NCBI GenBank assembly: GCA_001643675.2
Contig: LSRY02000013.1
Location: 1,302,001-1,366,000 of the forward strand
Length of the DNA stretch: 64,000 bases
Source of the DNA: Monocercomonoides exilis PA203
Lineage: Eukaryota > Protista > Preaxostyla
Direction of reading: 5' to 3'
Shown here: positions 9,656 to 21,700 of the stretch, in pieces
How positions within the stretch are numbered: position 1 is the stretch's first letter
Layout of the letters: each line of letters opens with the position of its first letter
Program-made: the position numbers and the translations under genes
The notes under the pieces: generated by a model
Databases searched by the model: none
Told to the model about the DNA's origin: nothing
What the model saw: the letters and a program-made list of their open reading frames with translations, nothing else

Positions 9656-12600
9656 TCACTTCCCCCACCTCCCTTTTTTCTTCATTGCCATCTTCAGAAG
9701 CACCCCAAAATCAACCCCTCTTACTTCATCCAGCCACACCGGGTCAATCGCCGAGCAAGTTCTGAGGTAGATCTTCGAAGTCGCCAGGAGCTCATTGAAG
9801 AATATGCACTGTGGATATCCACTCTGCACCTCTGCAGTTGATGACACAGTTGTCACACCAACTGAAGGAATCGAATGTGCCACCGCCACATCTTCTTCTC
9901 TCTCGTCCCACTGCTCCCCTTTCCTCGCCATACGCTCTCTTAGCCACTTTTCCCTTCGCTCTGCTTTCTCCTTCATCTGCGCCACTGCTATCAGCGATGA
10001 TGTTGGATGAATAGAGATGGCTGAGTCACACAAGGGAGTTTTGTATGAATTGCGCATTCCACCTTGTTTTGTGGCCACATTTGCATTCATTGCAGACAGA
10101 AGACATAAGACAACACGCTCATAACGAGGACGAGAAGGGACAAAGAGAGAAGAGGCATTTGGATAGTCAGACAGCTCGGAGGAAGGAAGAGGGAAAACAT
10201 CATCTTTGAGAGTGTAAAGTCCAGCAGAATTAGAAAGTCTATGCATTGAAGAGGATGAATGAGATGAATGAATTTTGGATTTAGATGAAGCTTTGTTTCG
10301 TTCACCACTTATTTCATCATCATCGTTATTTGCGTCTTCATAGTCGTCATCATAATCCTCTTCCTCCTCTTCCCATTCCTCCTCTCCTTTCTCTCCTTTC
10401 TCTCCTTCCATCTCCTCTGCGATCTTCCTTTCCACCTGCCCCAAATACCCCACCAGCTGGTCTCTGATCCTCACTGCTTGATCCAATCCCCTCTTGCTTA
10501 GCCCTCTCATCGTGCACCACTTTGCAGAACGAGAAGCAGACGCCATAAAACTCTCCAAGATGTGGGAGAGCAGAAGATGATCTGATGCAATCATCTCTTC
10601 GTTCTGTTTGTTTGTTCCTCCGCGATGATCTGAATCAGTATTAGAAGAAGATTGATTGAGTTGATTTCTCTGATTCTTCTGAGTGCCAAATCCAAATCTC
10701 CTCGCAAAGTTCTCATCCAAAAAGCGCGAAAATCCAGTCTCTCTTCCTTTCCCTCCCTTCCCTCCTTTCCCATCGCTTGCTCCATCACCACCTGAAGACT
10801 CATTCTGATTGTTGCCGAAACGTGGGGGGAGAAACACATTGTCCACATTCATCATTGAGATGATGTTGAGAATTTCGCGCGTGCAGCCAAAAAGCGGAGA
10901 TATCAGAAGAGCCTTGGCATGCTGCGGGTGAACCGGAAGCACAGCCATTGAAGAGCCCAACGGTCGAGTGATAACGGTGCAACGAGATTCTCTTGTTGAT
11001 TCAGCAACACTTTCTTGCTTGAATGAATGTGATTGAGCTTTATCTTTTACACTGTAAAGAATTCTTTCTTCTTCACTTTCTTCTCTTATTGCACCCAACT
11101 GAATAAGCTGTGCCTCTGCCCTATCGAGCTCTTTGTCACTCGGATGCTCAATGAAATCAAACGCCTTCACATCTCTGATCCCATACGCCTTCATCTGCAG
11201 CACCAGTGCTGCGAGGGAGATTCTGAATATCTCCGCCAGTGTGTGCTCCTTCATCTCCCGCCAGAAGGTGTCTTCTGTGAACAGTCTGTAGCACTCCCCT
11301 TTCCCTTCTCGCCCTGCTCTGCCTGCCCGCTGGCGCGCAGAGTCGCGGGAGATTGGCAGCACTTGCAGTGTGTCCATTCGGGCAGATGCGACAAACATGT
11401 TTATTTTGGCCAGACCAGAATCAATCACATAGCTGACTCCAGGGACTGTTACAGATGCCTCAGCAATGTTGGTGGAGAGGATGACACGGCGGACATTGCG
11501 TGGGACAGTTGATGTGAGAGAGGAAGTGGAGGTTGTGTTTGGAGAGGAGGAAGAAGAAGAAGAAGTTGATGAAGATAAAGATGATTGTGATGTGATTGCA
11601 GAAGATGAAGATGATGCAGAATTTAATCCAGAATTTGATCCGAAGCAAAGCTCAGGATAAACATCCTTGAAAGAAGGAGGCTGAAACACCTTTTGTTGCT
11701 CCTCAAAGGGAAGCATTGCATACAAAGGGAGGATTTCCAGTGGGCGACGAGTGTACACAACAGAAGAAGAAGAAGAAGAGGATGGTGAAGAAGTACCTCC
11801 ACCACCAGCAGCAGAAGAGGAAGAAGAAGAAGTTGATGATGAAGATTCTTTAGCCTCTTTGTTGTCCTTCTCTTCCATTGAATCGAGCGTGTCTAGCAAA
11901 CGTTCTTTCAGCAACTGAGCGGCTGTCTCAATCTCCTCCTGCCCTGTCAGAAACACAATAATATCTCCGCTTCTTCTCGGCTCAATTTCGCTTTTTTCTT
12001 CCTTTTCCTCTTTTTCTTCCTTTTTGTCTTTTCCTTCTGTTTTATCTGCTTCTCTTTTGATGCTTTCTGCTTGCAGTTTCGCTTCACGCTCTCTTTTAGC
12101 ATCGTCAAATGGCATTTTTTTATCTTCGTGGAGCTGCAAAACCGCCGTAACAGCGCTGTTAATATAGTCCGTCTGTGGTGTAGCTGTGTAATAAATATTC
12201 ACTGGATGCTGTCTCCCCTTTATGAGCATTATATTTGCATTGAATAGATAACAACCAAATTTTTCAGCTTCAAGCGTTGCAGACATAACAACAACTCGAA
12301 GAGGATGAGGAGATAATTTTTGATCTTCCATTGGATCGTACACATTTTTTGGTAAAGGGCGTTTAATTGCTATGTTCTTTATCAGTCCCAAAAGAATGTC
12401 GAACTGAGCAGATCTTTCATGAGCTTCATCAAGAATAATAACGCTGTAGTTTGACAACATAGGATCAAGAAGTGCTTCACGAAGAAGCATTCCAGATGTG
12501 ACATACTTGATTGCAGTTAGACCTTTAATATATTTTTCATCGAATCTTACAGAATAGCCAACATATGAACCAACCGAACAATTCATCTCTTGGCTGACAC

Positions 12601-13042
12601 GACGAGCAACACTGGTCGCAGCAACTCGTCTTGGCTGGACTACAGCTATCATCATTCTATTTTGTGTTGATATGTTTGAGTCAGAGGATTTGGCAGATGA
12701 GGATGCTGATGTTGAAAAATGGTATGTATATCGACGTGATTCATTTAAATATTGAGGAACTTGTGTTGTTTTTCCTGATCCAGTTTCTCCTACAATAACA
12801 GTAAATTGATTTTTTTGAATTTGTTCAAGTATTTGAGCTTTGCATTGATACACTGGAAGCTCTTTTCTATGAAAAGCTGTTTCATCAATAATCACAAAAA
12901 GCATAAAGATATAATAAATTAAAAACATTGCAAATAGCAATGGTAAAACAAATTCGAGCAAACGATCAGAAGAACTTTTCCTTTCTTTTTGAAAATTAGG
13001 TTTTTTATTCATTTCAAAAAAATGTATGGGAATTTTCTCCAA
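9656..13042 (-). CDS. DEAH-box RNA helicase (Prp43/Prp22/Dhr2-DHX33 family); exact start uncertain
   Basis: GETGSGKTTQ, QPRRVAA, VGYSVRF, DEAHER, MSAT, FLTGQEEIE, STNIAEASVT, QRAGRAGR, an HA2-like region and a C-terminal IHPTS/ELL.T.K.Y OB-like region. The short N-terminus suggests a Dhr2/DHX33-like subfamily, but this is not established. Confidence 0.93.
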   Translation of the reverse strand: MEKIPIHFFEMNKKPNFQKERKSSSDRLLEFVLPLLFAMFLIYYIFMLFVIIDETAFHRKELPVYQCKAQILEQIQKNQFTVIVGETGSGKTTQVPQYLNESRRYTYHFSTSASSSAKSSDSNISTQNRMMIAVVQPRRVAATSVARRVSQEMNCSVGSYVGYSVRFDEKYIKGLTAIKYVTSGMLLREALLDPMLSNYSVIILDEAHERSAQFDILLGLIKNIAIKRPLPKNVYDPMEDQKLSPHPLRVVVMSATLEAEKFGCYLFNANIMLIKGRQHPVNIYYTATPQTDYINSAVTAVLQLHEDKKMPFDDAKREREAKLQAESIKREADKTEGKDKKEEKEEKEEKSEIEPRRSGDIIVFLTGQEEIETAAQLLKERLLDTLDSMEEKDNKEAKESSSSTSSSSSSAAGGGGTSSPSSSSSSSVVYTRRPLEILPLYAMLPFEEQQKVFQPPSFKDVYPELCFGSNSGLNSASSSSSAITSQSSLSSSTSSSSSSSPNTTSTSSLTSTVPRNVRRVILSTNIAEASVTVPGVSYVIDSGLAKINMFVASARMDTLQVLPISRDSARQRAGRAGREGKGECYRLFTEDTFWREMKEHTLAEIFRISLAALVLQMKAYGIRDVKAFDFIEHPSDKELDRAEAQLIQLGAIREESEEERILYSVKDKAQSHSFKQESVAESTRESRCTVITRPLGSSMAVLPVHPQHAKALLISPLFGCTREILNIISMMNVDNVFLPPRFGNNQNESSGGDGASDGKGGKGGKGRETGFSRFLDENFARRFGFGTQKNQRNQLNQSSSNTDSDHRGGTNKQNEEMIASDHLLLSHILESFMASASRSAKWCTMRGLSKRGLDQAVRIRDQLVGYLGQVERKIAEEMEGEKGEKGEEEWEEEEEDYDDDYEDANNDDDEISGERNKASSKSKIHSSHSSSSMHRLSNSAGLYTLKDDVFPLPSSELSDYPNASSLFVPSRPRYERVVLCLLSAMNANVATKQGGMRNSYKTPLCDSAISIHPTSSLIAVAQMKEKAERREKWLRERMARKGEQWDEREEDVAVAHSIPSVGVTTVSSTAEVQSGYPQCIFFNELLATSKIYLRTCSAIDPVWLDEVRGVDFGVLLKMAMKKKGRWGK

Positions 13043-14265
13043 AACTTTTTATTAGAGCTATCTTATAAAATTGAAATAAAATTAGTAATTAAAAATAAAA
13101 TAGCAATAAACTGTTAGATAACATTAAGGACTGTAAAGATCTCATTAATTGCAAAATCCAACCAAAACAATTTAAACCAAAAATAATATTTCTCGTCTGT
13201 TAAAAACAAATTTCGGGACTATAAAATCAAAAGAAAATATAAACATTAAAAGTGACAGGAAATATTGCCTAAAGAGAACTACAGACAATATTTCACTTAA
13301 TTTAAAAAAGTTATCTTTAAGGAATTATTCACTCCAAAAGATTCGAGGTATTCGATACTCAAAAGGGTTATAAAAAAATAAAATTATTGTCCAACCAATT
13401 AAAAACTATCAAATAATACATCACAAAATTTGGTTTGGATGCAATAAACACTAAAACAAAAGGAAAAACAAAAGTAATAAAAAAGAAATAAATTCAAAAA
13501 AATTTTTTTTTCAAAAGATCAAATTACTACTTAACAGTGGAAAATCCAAAGTACAATTAAGTTTTTATAAAAAAATAAATTAATTAATTTCCAAACAAAC
13601 TTCCAACATTTTGATAAGTCAGAACAAAAAGACAAACAAATAAACCAAAATAAAAAAGAGTACATAGCAAAATGTTTTGAAAAAAATAAAACATTTGAAA
13701 GAAAAAAATTGAACCAAAAAGAATATTTAACATCATTGAAACAAAATAAAGAAAGAAAGTCAGTAATTAATATTATGCATCTCTTCTGCAATGAACATTC
13801 AAGTAATAATAATAATACTTCAAATCTTCAGATCAACATGAGCTCAATCAAAAGATGGCACATTGTAATGAATAAATTTTAATTTTTTGAGAAGAAACTT
13901 TATCATTTTGAAAAGCAATGAATAATAGTGAAAGAAGGAGAAGAAGAAGAAAATCGGAATTAAAAAATAAAAAAAAAAAAACAAAATGAAACAGAGCAAA
14001 AAATAGTTCATTCATATTTGAATATTTGTTTGTTCATCTTGTTCGTCCGTCTTGTTCGTTTTCTTGCTTTTCATTCATATTTCTTTCCCTCTTTTTTTTT
14101 GTTATCATCATCAGACTTATCTTAGAACAGAATCACTGAACGATAATAATTATAATAAAAATAACATCATTATCATAATCATTGTCAAATATCACTTGCA
14201 CATTCAACAGAAAAAATTGTAACAAAAGCACAAAAATTCCAACGAAAAAAAGCTCAATTGAAAAA

Positions 14266-14400
14266 AAGAGCATGAAAGAGAATGAAAGAGCATGAAAGAG
14301 AATGAAAGAGAATGAAAGAGAATGAAAGAGAATGAAAGAGAATGAAAGAGAATGAAAGAGAATGAAAGAGAATGAAAGAGAATGAAAGAGAATGAAAGAG
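14266..14400 (+). repeat. 10-bp minisatellite (AATGAAAGAG)n
   Basis: About 13 visible tandem copies. Confidence 0.95.
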
Positions 14401-14497
14401 GGAGAGAGAGAAATAATTTGTGCAAGCAATGTTATTTGAACGATAAGTCTGTTGATAATATTTGTGAAGATGACATAATCTTTCTTTTTTTGCATTG

Positions 14498-14655
14498 AAA
14501 ATAGAAAAGAATAGAAAAGAATAGAAAAGAATAGAAAAGAATAGAAAAGAATAGAAAAGAATAGAAAAGAATAGAAAAGAAGAGAGAGAAAGAGAAAGAG
14601 AGAGAGAGAAAGAAAGAAAGAAAGAAAGAGAAAGAAAGAAAGAAAGAAAGAAAGG
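14498..14655 (+). repeat. 10-bp minisatellite (ATAGAAAAGA)n followed by (GA)/(GAAA) microsatellite
   Basis: Visible tandem copies. Confidence 0.95.
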
Positions 14656-15293
14656 CATATATTTCCGCATAATGCAAAAAATAGAAAACAATGCAATGCC
14701 TTCTTAAGACTCCGATATTTCCAATCTTTCAAAGCAAACATTCAACAGAAGGAGTGGAAATCTGTTGAATTTGAATGGAATCATAACAACTTGATAAGCA
14801 ATAAGGGCAAATGAGGAGGAAATATGTGAAAAATGAAAGGTATATTGGTTGAAATAGATGGTTAAGGAAGGAATTAATTGTTGTTGCTATTATTATTATT
14901 AATGATATTATTATTATTATTATAATAATAATAATAATTATTATTATTGTTGTTGTTTTATCCTTAATATTGCTGTTATAATAATTTTCCGAGTAATAAT
15001 TGTCCGAATTAATAATGGTATTATTATTATTGATATTATTATTATAATTACTTGGCAGAAGAAGAAGCATGTTGAATTTCATCGCATATTACATAAATAA
15101 CAGGAACATTCATTGGAAGGCTGATAAAATGCAGCTCAAATGATTCAGCAATTCATTCAAGTAATTTTTTCTTTTTTTTTTTAAAACAAAAGAGGAGGGA
15201 GAAAATGAATGAAAATGCTGAATGAGATGGATGATGATGAGGAGGAAGAAGAGGAAGAGGAAAAAGACGAAGAAGCAAAAGAAGAAGCAAAAG

Positions 15294-15384
15294 AGAAGAA
15301 GAAGAAGAAGAAGAAGAAGAAGAAGAAGAAGAAGAAGAAGAAGAAGAAGAAGAAGAAGAAGAAGAAGAAGAAGAAGAAGAAGAA

Positions 15385-15415
<31 letters not shown>

Positions 15416-15437
15416 AAGAAGAAGAAGAAGAAGAAGA
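15294..15437 (+). repeat. (GAA)n microsatellite
   Basis: Nearly perfect run with one TAA interruption. Confidence 0.95.
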
Positions 15438-15757
15438 ATGAAACAGAGAATGAAGAAGAAGATGAACATGACGATGAAGATGAAAGCTAAGGTGAAGAAG
15501 AAGAAGATAAAGATGATGTTATCAAATGCTTCTATCAAATACGACTAAACAAAATTAAAAAGATAAATTAATTTTATTTAATCTTCAGGTGCTATTAATT
15601 GTTTGCCCTCCAATATTTGTATGCAATTTCTATTAAAATTGAGCTTATTTCATTCAAAATTCTGTTCATATGTTGATTCTTCTTCATTTAATTTTCATTT
15701 AAAATTGATTGAAATATTTTCTTATTGTTATGTTTTTCTGTGTTTTTATAAATGCTT

Positions 15758-18700
15758 TCATCTTTTCTTAGCTGAAAGAGAAGGAGAAAGAGAGGGAGAA
15801 GAAGAAAAAGAGGAAGAAGAAGAAAAAGAGGAGGAAGAAGAAGAAGGTGAAGAATTGGAAGAATTAGAAGAATTAGAATTAGAAGAAGAAGAAGATGATG
15901 ATGAAGATGTTAATGAAGGAGAATAAGAAAAGTTGTTTTGTTGTGAAGAAAGTTCATTTTTTGAGCGAGATCGACGAATAACAGGGAAAAGAGTAGAAGA
16001 AGAAGAAGAGGAGGAAGAGGAGGAAGAGGAGGAAGAGGAGGAAGAGGAGGAAGAGGAGGAAGAGGAGGAAGAAGAAAGAGAAGGAGAGAAAGAAGAGAAC
16101 GAAAGAGAAGGAGAAGGAGAGGGAGAAGGTGAAGGTGAAGGACGATATAAAGAAGGAGAATTAGAAGAGGAATATGAAAATGAAGGAGAAGGAGAAGGAG
16201 AAGATGAAATGTAAGAGGAGAAGGAAGAGAAAGAGGAGAAAGAGGAAGAAGAAGATAAAGATGAAGATGTCGAAGAAGTTGAAGAAGAGGAAGAAGAAGG
16301 AGAAGAGGAAGAAGAAGGAGAAGAAGAAGGAGAAGAAGAATTATGAGGTTTATAAGACCAGGAAGCTAAACGTTTTCGAGAAGGAGAAGAAAATTCATTT
16401 GTGATGTTTTGTTCAGATGAGGAGGAAAAAGAAGAAGAAGAAGAAGATGGAGAATAAGAATAAGAAGATGCAGAGGAGGAGGAGGAGGAGGAAAAAGAAG
16501 AAGAAGAAGAAGAAGAAGAAGAAGATGATGATGATGAAATGTTTGCTGTTTTGATAGAATTTTTGCTTTTGTTTTTGTGTTGTGTGGATGGAGAGGAAGA
16601 AGGAGAGGAAGGAGAAAGTGAAGAAGAAGAAGGAGGAGAAGAAGAAGATGATGAAGCATTTTCTCCATCGTCTCCTTTACTCCTTCCTCTCTTCTCATTC
16701 AATCCCATTGGCTGAGCAGTTATTGATGATGATAAACTCTTCTTTTCTTGTTGATTTAATAGCATTTTTTGTAACTTCTTCATTTCCTTCTTCTCTTTCA
16801 TCTCTTTCTCTTTCATCTCTTTCTCTTTCATTTCCTTTTCTTTCTCCCTTTCTTTCTCCTTCTCCTTCTCTTTCTCTTTCTCTTTCTCTTTCTCCCTTTC
16901 TTTCTCCCTTTCTTTTTCTTTCTCCTTCTCCTTCATCTTCTCCTTAATCCCTTCCCAATCAAACAGATCCAGCACATCCATCAACATAAACTTCACCCTT
17001 GGAACCAGCTTTCCCCCTTCTATCATCATCTCCACCCCTCTCATGTTCTTCACAAACGCATTTCCATTGTCTTCTTTGATTTTCTGTCCCACATGTGTCA
17101 AAAACGTCGCTAATTGCATCATGTCCCCTTCATCTGGATCGTCTGGAGTGGAATTCTGCCACAGCAATTGAAGACTTTCTTGCCCTTTTGACGTGTTTAA
17201 GGCATTTGCTTTGATAAGAGAGCCAACAAACGTGATAGTCCCTTTCAGACGCAGCTGATGAAGGGACTGCTGCTCTTGGAGGGAGGAGAGGGAGGAAGGA
17301 GAAGAAGAGGAGGAAGAAGAGAGAGAAGATGATGATGGAGATGAAGGAGAAGGAGAAGAAATTAATGATTGCTCTAATTGTTCTTTTTCTTTCTCTTTCT
17401 CTTTCTCCTCTTCCTTCTCTTTCTCTTTCTCTTCCATCTCCGTCTTCTCCTTCTTCTCCTTCTCCATCTTCTCCTTCTGCAATCTCAATCTTGCTGATTT
17501 GAACTCTTCATCCACATACTCACTCAAATATGCCCTGAAAAAGAGAGCTGAACGAGAAGGGCGAAATTCTGTTGTGTTTGATTTAGGAAGAGAAGAAGGA
17601 GAAGAAGAAATTGAAGAAGAAGAAGAAGTGGAAGAAGAAGAAATAAAAGAAGAAATAGAAGTGGAAGAAGAAGATGATGTTGTTGAAGGTAATGATGATG
17701 AAGGAGAAGGAGAAGAAGAAGCAGGAAAAGAGTTTAGTGAATTATAAGATGATTCAGATGAAACAGAAGATGAAGAAGGAGAAGATGGCAGTGATGTTGA
17801 TGATGAAATAGAAGAATTAAAAGAAGAAGAAGAAGAAGAAGCAGAAGCAGAAGCAGAAGCAGACGAAGAAGATAAAGAGGATGATGAATTAGAATTTTCA
17901 TTTTCTCCTTTATTTGAGCAATTGATAGCATTATTATTATTATTGTTCTCTTTTATTTCTTTTTCTTCTTTATTATTATTATTATGGTTATGATCACTTA
18001 AATTTTTTTCATTATTACTTTTATGAACACATCCCATGCTGTTAATCTTCCCTTCGATCAATTTAGCTGCCAGTTGTGCATACAGCTCCACATATTTTGA
18101 CTCAAAAATCGCTTTTTCTGTTAATTCGTTCACAATTCCCTTGACAAGCTCTTGTTCTGCTTCTATCTCCATCTCTCTTTCGATTTCTTGCTCTCTTTCG
18201 GATTCTTTGTTAACATCTTTGTCTTTATCTTTTTCTTTGTCTTTCTTCTCTTCTTTCTTCTCTTCTTTCTTCTCTTTCTCTTTTTCCTCTTCTTTCTCTT
18301 CTCCCTTTTCTTCTTTCTCCTTCTCTTCCTTCCACTTCTTCATCTCCCCCAGCCTCTTCTTCAATATCTGCCTCCTTTCAAATGTCTCCATAACCCCCTC
18401 AATTTCTTCTGCCAGCTCAAAAAACGTAGATTCACTAATGATATTCAACAAAGATCTTATTTTACTTATCAAATTTTCCACTTCTTCTTTTAATTTTTCC
18501 CTTTTGGCTTCTCTTTTGATTATTTTGGTTTTTAATGCGAAAAATATTTTTGAATCAATAGCAACATGTGCTCCATATATTTCTTTGCATTCTTTTATCA
18601 CTTTCATCAAAATTTGATTTTTTTTGGATCGCTTTGATATTTTTTCATTTCTTTCTTTTCTTTCTTTTTCTTCTTTTCCTTCTCCATTTTCGTTTTCTTT

Positions 18701-21700
18701 CAAAGAATTCATAGAAATAATTCCATTTGTTGTTAGTTTTGATATTTCTTTCTCTTTCTCTTTCTCTTTCTCTTTCTCTTTCTCTTTCTCTTTCTCTTTC
18801 TCTTTCTCTTTCTCCTTTTCTTTTTCTTTTTCTTTTTCTTTTTCTTTTTCTTTTTCTTTTTCTTCTCCATTTCCTTCTTTTTCTAATGTCGAATTAGAAT
18901 ACATATTTTCTAACATGTTATTGATCATCTTCATCATCTCTTCTTCTTCTTCTTCCAATTTATTCCCTTCTTCATTCATTTCTTCTTCTTCTTCTTCATC
19001 TTTCTCTTCTTTCCTTTCTTTATTCTTCTCTTCTTCTTCTTCTTCTTCTTCTTCTTCTTCTTCTTCTTCTTCTTTCTTCATCTTCATCTTCATCTTCATC
19101 ATTTTCTCTTTATTCGCTTCTCTTTTTGTCTTCCATTTGACTTCTGCTCGATTTGGAAGAGGAACAAACACAGAAATTGGATTAGAAGAAGAAGAAGAAG
19201 AAGAAGAATTGTTTGCTGAGAAAATAGAGGAGGAGGAGGAGGAAGGAGAAGAAGGAGAAAGAGAAGGAGAAGGAGAAGAAGAGGAAGAAGAAGAATAAGA
19301 AGGAGAAAGAGACAAACATAAAGATGAAGAAGAATTAGACGGATGTAAGCCAATTGAAGAATTATTGTTAATATTATTATTTACTCCATGTAATCTTGCA
19401 TATGAATGCGACTTATTTAATTTGCCCCTGAAATAAGGAGAAGAAGGAGAGGAAGAAGAGGAAGAAGAGGAGGAAGGAGAAGAAATAGAAGAAGAAGAAG
19501 AAGATGATGATGAAGATGAAGAAGATGATGATGAATTAGAAGTTTGTGATTGTTGAGAAAGAGAAAGAGAAAGAAGGTTGTTTAAGAGATAATGGTTGTA
19601 TGTTTGTTCTATTGGATACTCAAAATGTTCTGAATGAATAAGAAATGAGGGAGAGGAAGAAGAAAGAGAGGAAGAAGAATTAGAAGAAGAACAAGAGGAA
19701 GGAGAAGAAGAACTGGAAGGAGAAGAGGAAGGAGGAAGAGAAGAAGATTCTTTAATTGCGTTATTATTGTTTTTGCTATAAGCTAATCCGATTTTGACAA
19801 GTTCTTTCAATGAATAACAAAATGAAGAAGAAGAAGAAGATGATGATGATGATGAAGTTTTCTTTGATATACTTTCATTTCTTTCTTCTTTCTTCTCTTC
19901 TTTCTCTTCTTCTTCTTTCTCTTCTTTCTCTCTCTCTCTCTCTTTCTCTTCCTTTTCTTCTTCTTCTTCAATTTCTTCTTCTTTAATTTTCTCTTCAAGA
20001 GCAACAGAAAGAGAATAAAAAGAAGAAATTTTGTTTATCATTAGCATTCTTCTTTCATCTGTTGACTTTGCTATTTCAGAAGACAATGAAGAAAGAAGAG
20101 AAGGAGAAGGAGAAGGAGGAGAAGAAGAAGAAGAAAGAGAAGAAGAGAATGAAGAACAAGGAGTAAATGAAGAAGAAGGAGGAGAGGTAGAAGGGAAAGG
20201 AGAAGGAGAAGAAGATGATGATGATGAAGATTTCCTATTTAGTATTTGTTTGTTTTTGCGATGTTTGATTGGAGAGAGAGAAGGAGAAGAAGATGGAGAA
20301 GAGGAAGTAGAAGAAGAGGAAGAGGAAGAAGATGATGATGAAATAGAAGGAGATAAAGATAAAGAAGAAGAATTAGAAGAAGAATTAGAATTAGAAGAAG
20401 AATTAGAAGAAGAAGAAGAATTAGAAGAAGAAGAAGAATTAGAAGAAGAAGAAGAATTAGAAGAAGAAGAAGAATTAGAAGAAGAAGAAGAATTAGAAGA
20501 AGAAGAAGAAGAAGATGGAGAGGAAGGAGAAGAAGAAGAAGAAGAAGAAGATGGAAAAGGAGAAGAAGAAGGAGAAGGAGAAGAAGTATCAGAATGAGAA
20601 TGAGAAGAGCAAAGAATAGAAAACTGGAGAGGAGATTCAGAATCAGAAGGAGTTGGATAAGAAGAATTGCTTGAAGAAGGAGGAGAAGAAGAAACAGAGG
20701 AAGAAAAAGAGGAAGATAAAGAGGAGGAGGAACTAGAAGATGATGAAGATGATGATGGTGTTAATGAAGGAGAAGAAGAAGAGAAGGAAGAAGATGAAGA
20801 TGAAGATGATGAAGGAGATAAAGAAGAGGAGGGAGAGGAAGGAGAAGGAGAAAATGAAGAAGAAGATGATGATGATGAAGGAGAAGATGACGATGAAAAT
20901 TCAGGAGTTGTAATAACATCAACAGAAGAAGAAGAAGAAGAAATAAAAGAAGGCAAAGTAAAAGATGAACGTAAATCAGCTAATTTGAATTCTATTGTTT
21001 CATTTGAATCTTCCACACATTTCTGAACAAGAGTTAGACGATATGAAGAAGAGGAAGAGGAAGAGGAAGAAGAAGGAGAAGGAGAGAAGAGAAGATTTGA
21101 TTCAATTGAAGAACAAGAGGAGGAGGAGGAGGAGGAAGAAGAAGAAGAAGAAGAAGAAGAAGAAGAAGAAGAAGAAGAAGATGATGATGATGATGATGAA
21201 GTTGCAGAATGAGGAAGAAGATGAAGAGGAGTAGGTTGAGTGATGATAACAGCAAGAGAAGGAGAAGAAGAGGAGGAAGAGGAAGAATTAGAAGAAATTG
21301 AAGAAATTTTGGATGTTAATTTATTTGAAAGAGGAATTTCATTGAATTCTGAAGAATTGGTTAAAAGATTTGTGGATTTTTGTTCGTTTGCTTCTTCTTC
21401 TTCTTTCTCTATAACTTCTTCTTCTTCTCCCCTTTCTTCTTCTTCTTCTTTCACTTCTTCTTTCTCGTTCACTATTTCTTTCATTATTCTCTTTTCTGCT
21501 TCTTCTTTTTCCTTTTCTTCTTCTTTTGCTTTGACTTTAGCTTCTTCAATTTCTTTTTCTTTCTCTTTCCCTTTCTCTTTTTGTTCTTGTTCTTGTTCTT
21601 GTTCAATTCTTCTTCTTTCTTCCTCTTCTCTTTCTTTCCTTTCCTTCTCTTCTCTTTCTTTCTCTTCTTTCTCTCTCTTCAATCTTTCTTCTTCTTCTCT

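Noticed and set aside
14266-14580. CRISPR-like or telomeric array
   Set aside because: Direct 10-bp tandem repeats without spacers, in a eukaryotic context, and not a telomere-type motif.
13500-15600. ORFs 14133-14741, 14729-15082, 15110-15538 and 15209-15490
   Set aside because: Generated by mini- and microsatellites. No recognisable domain, although a decayed gene cannot be excluded.
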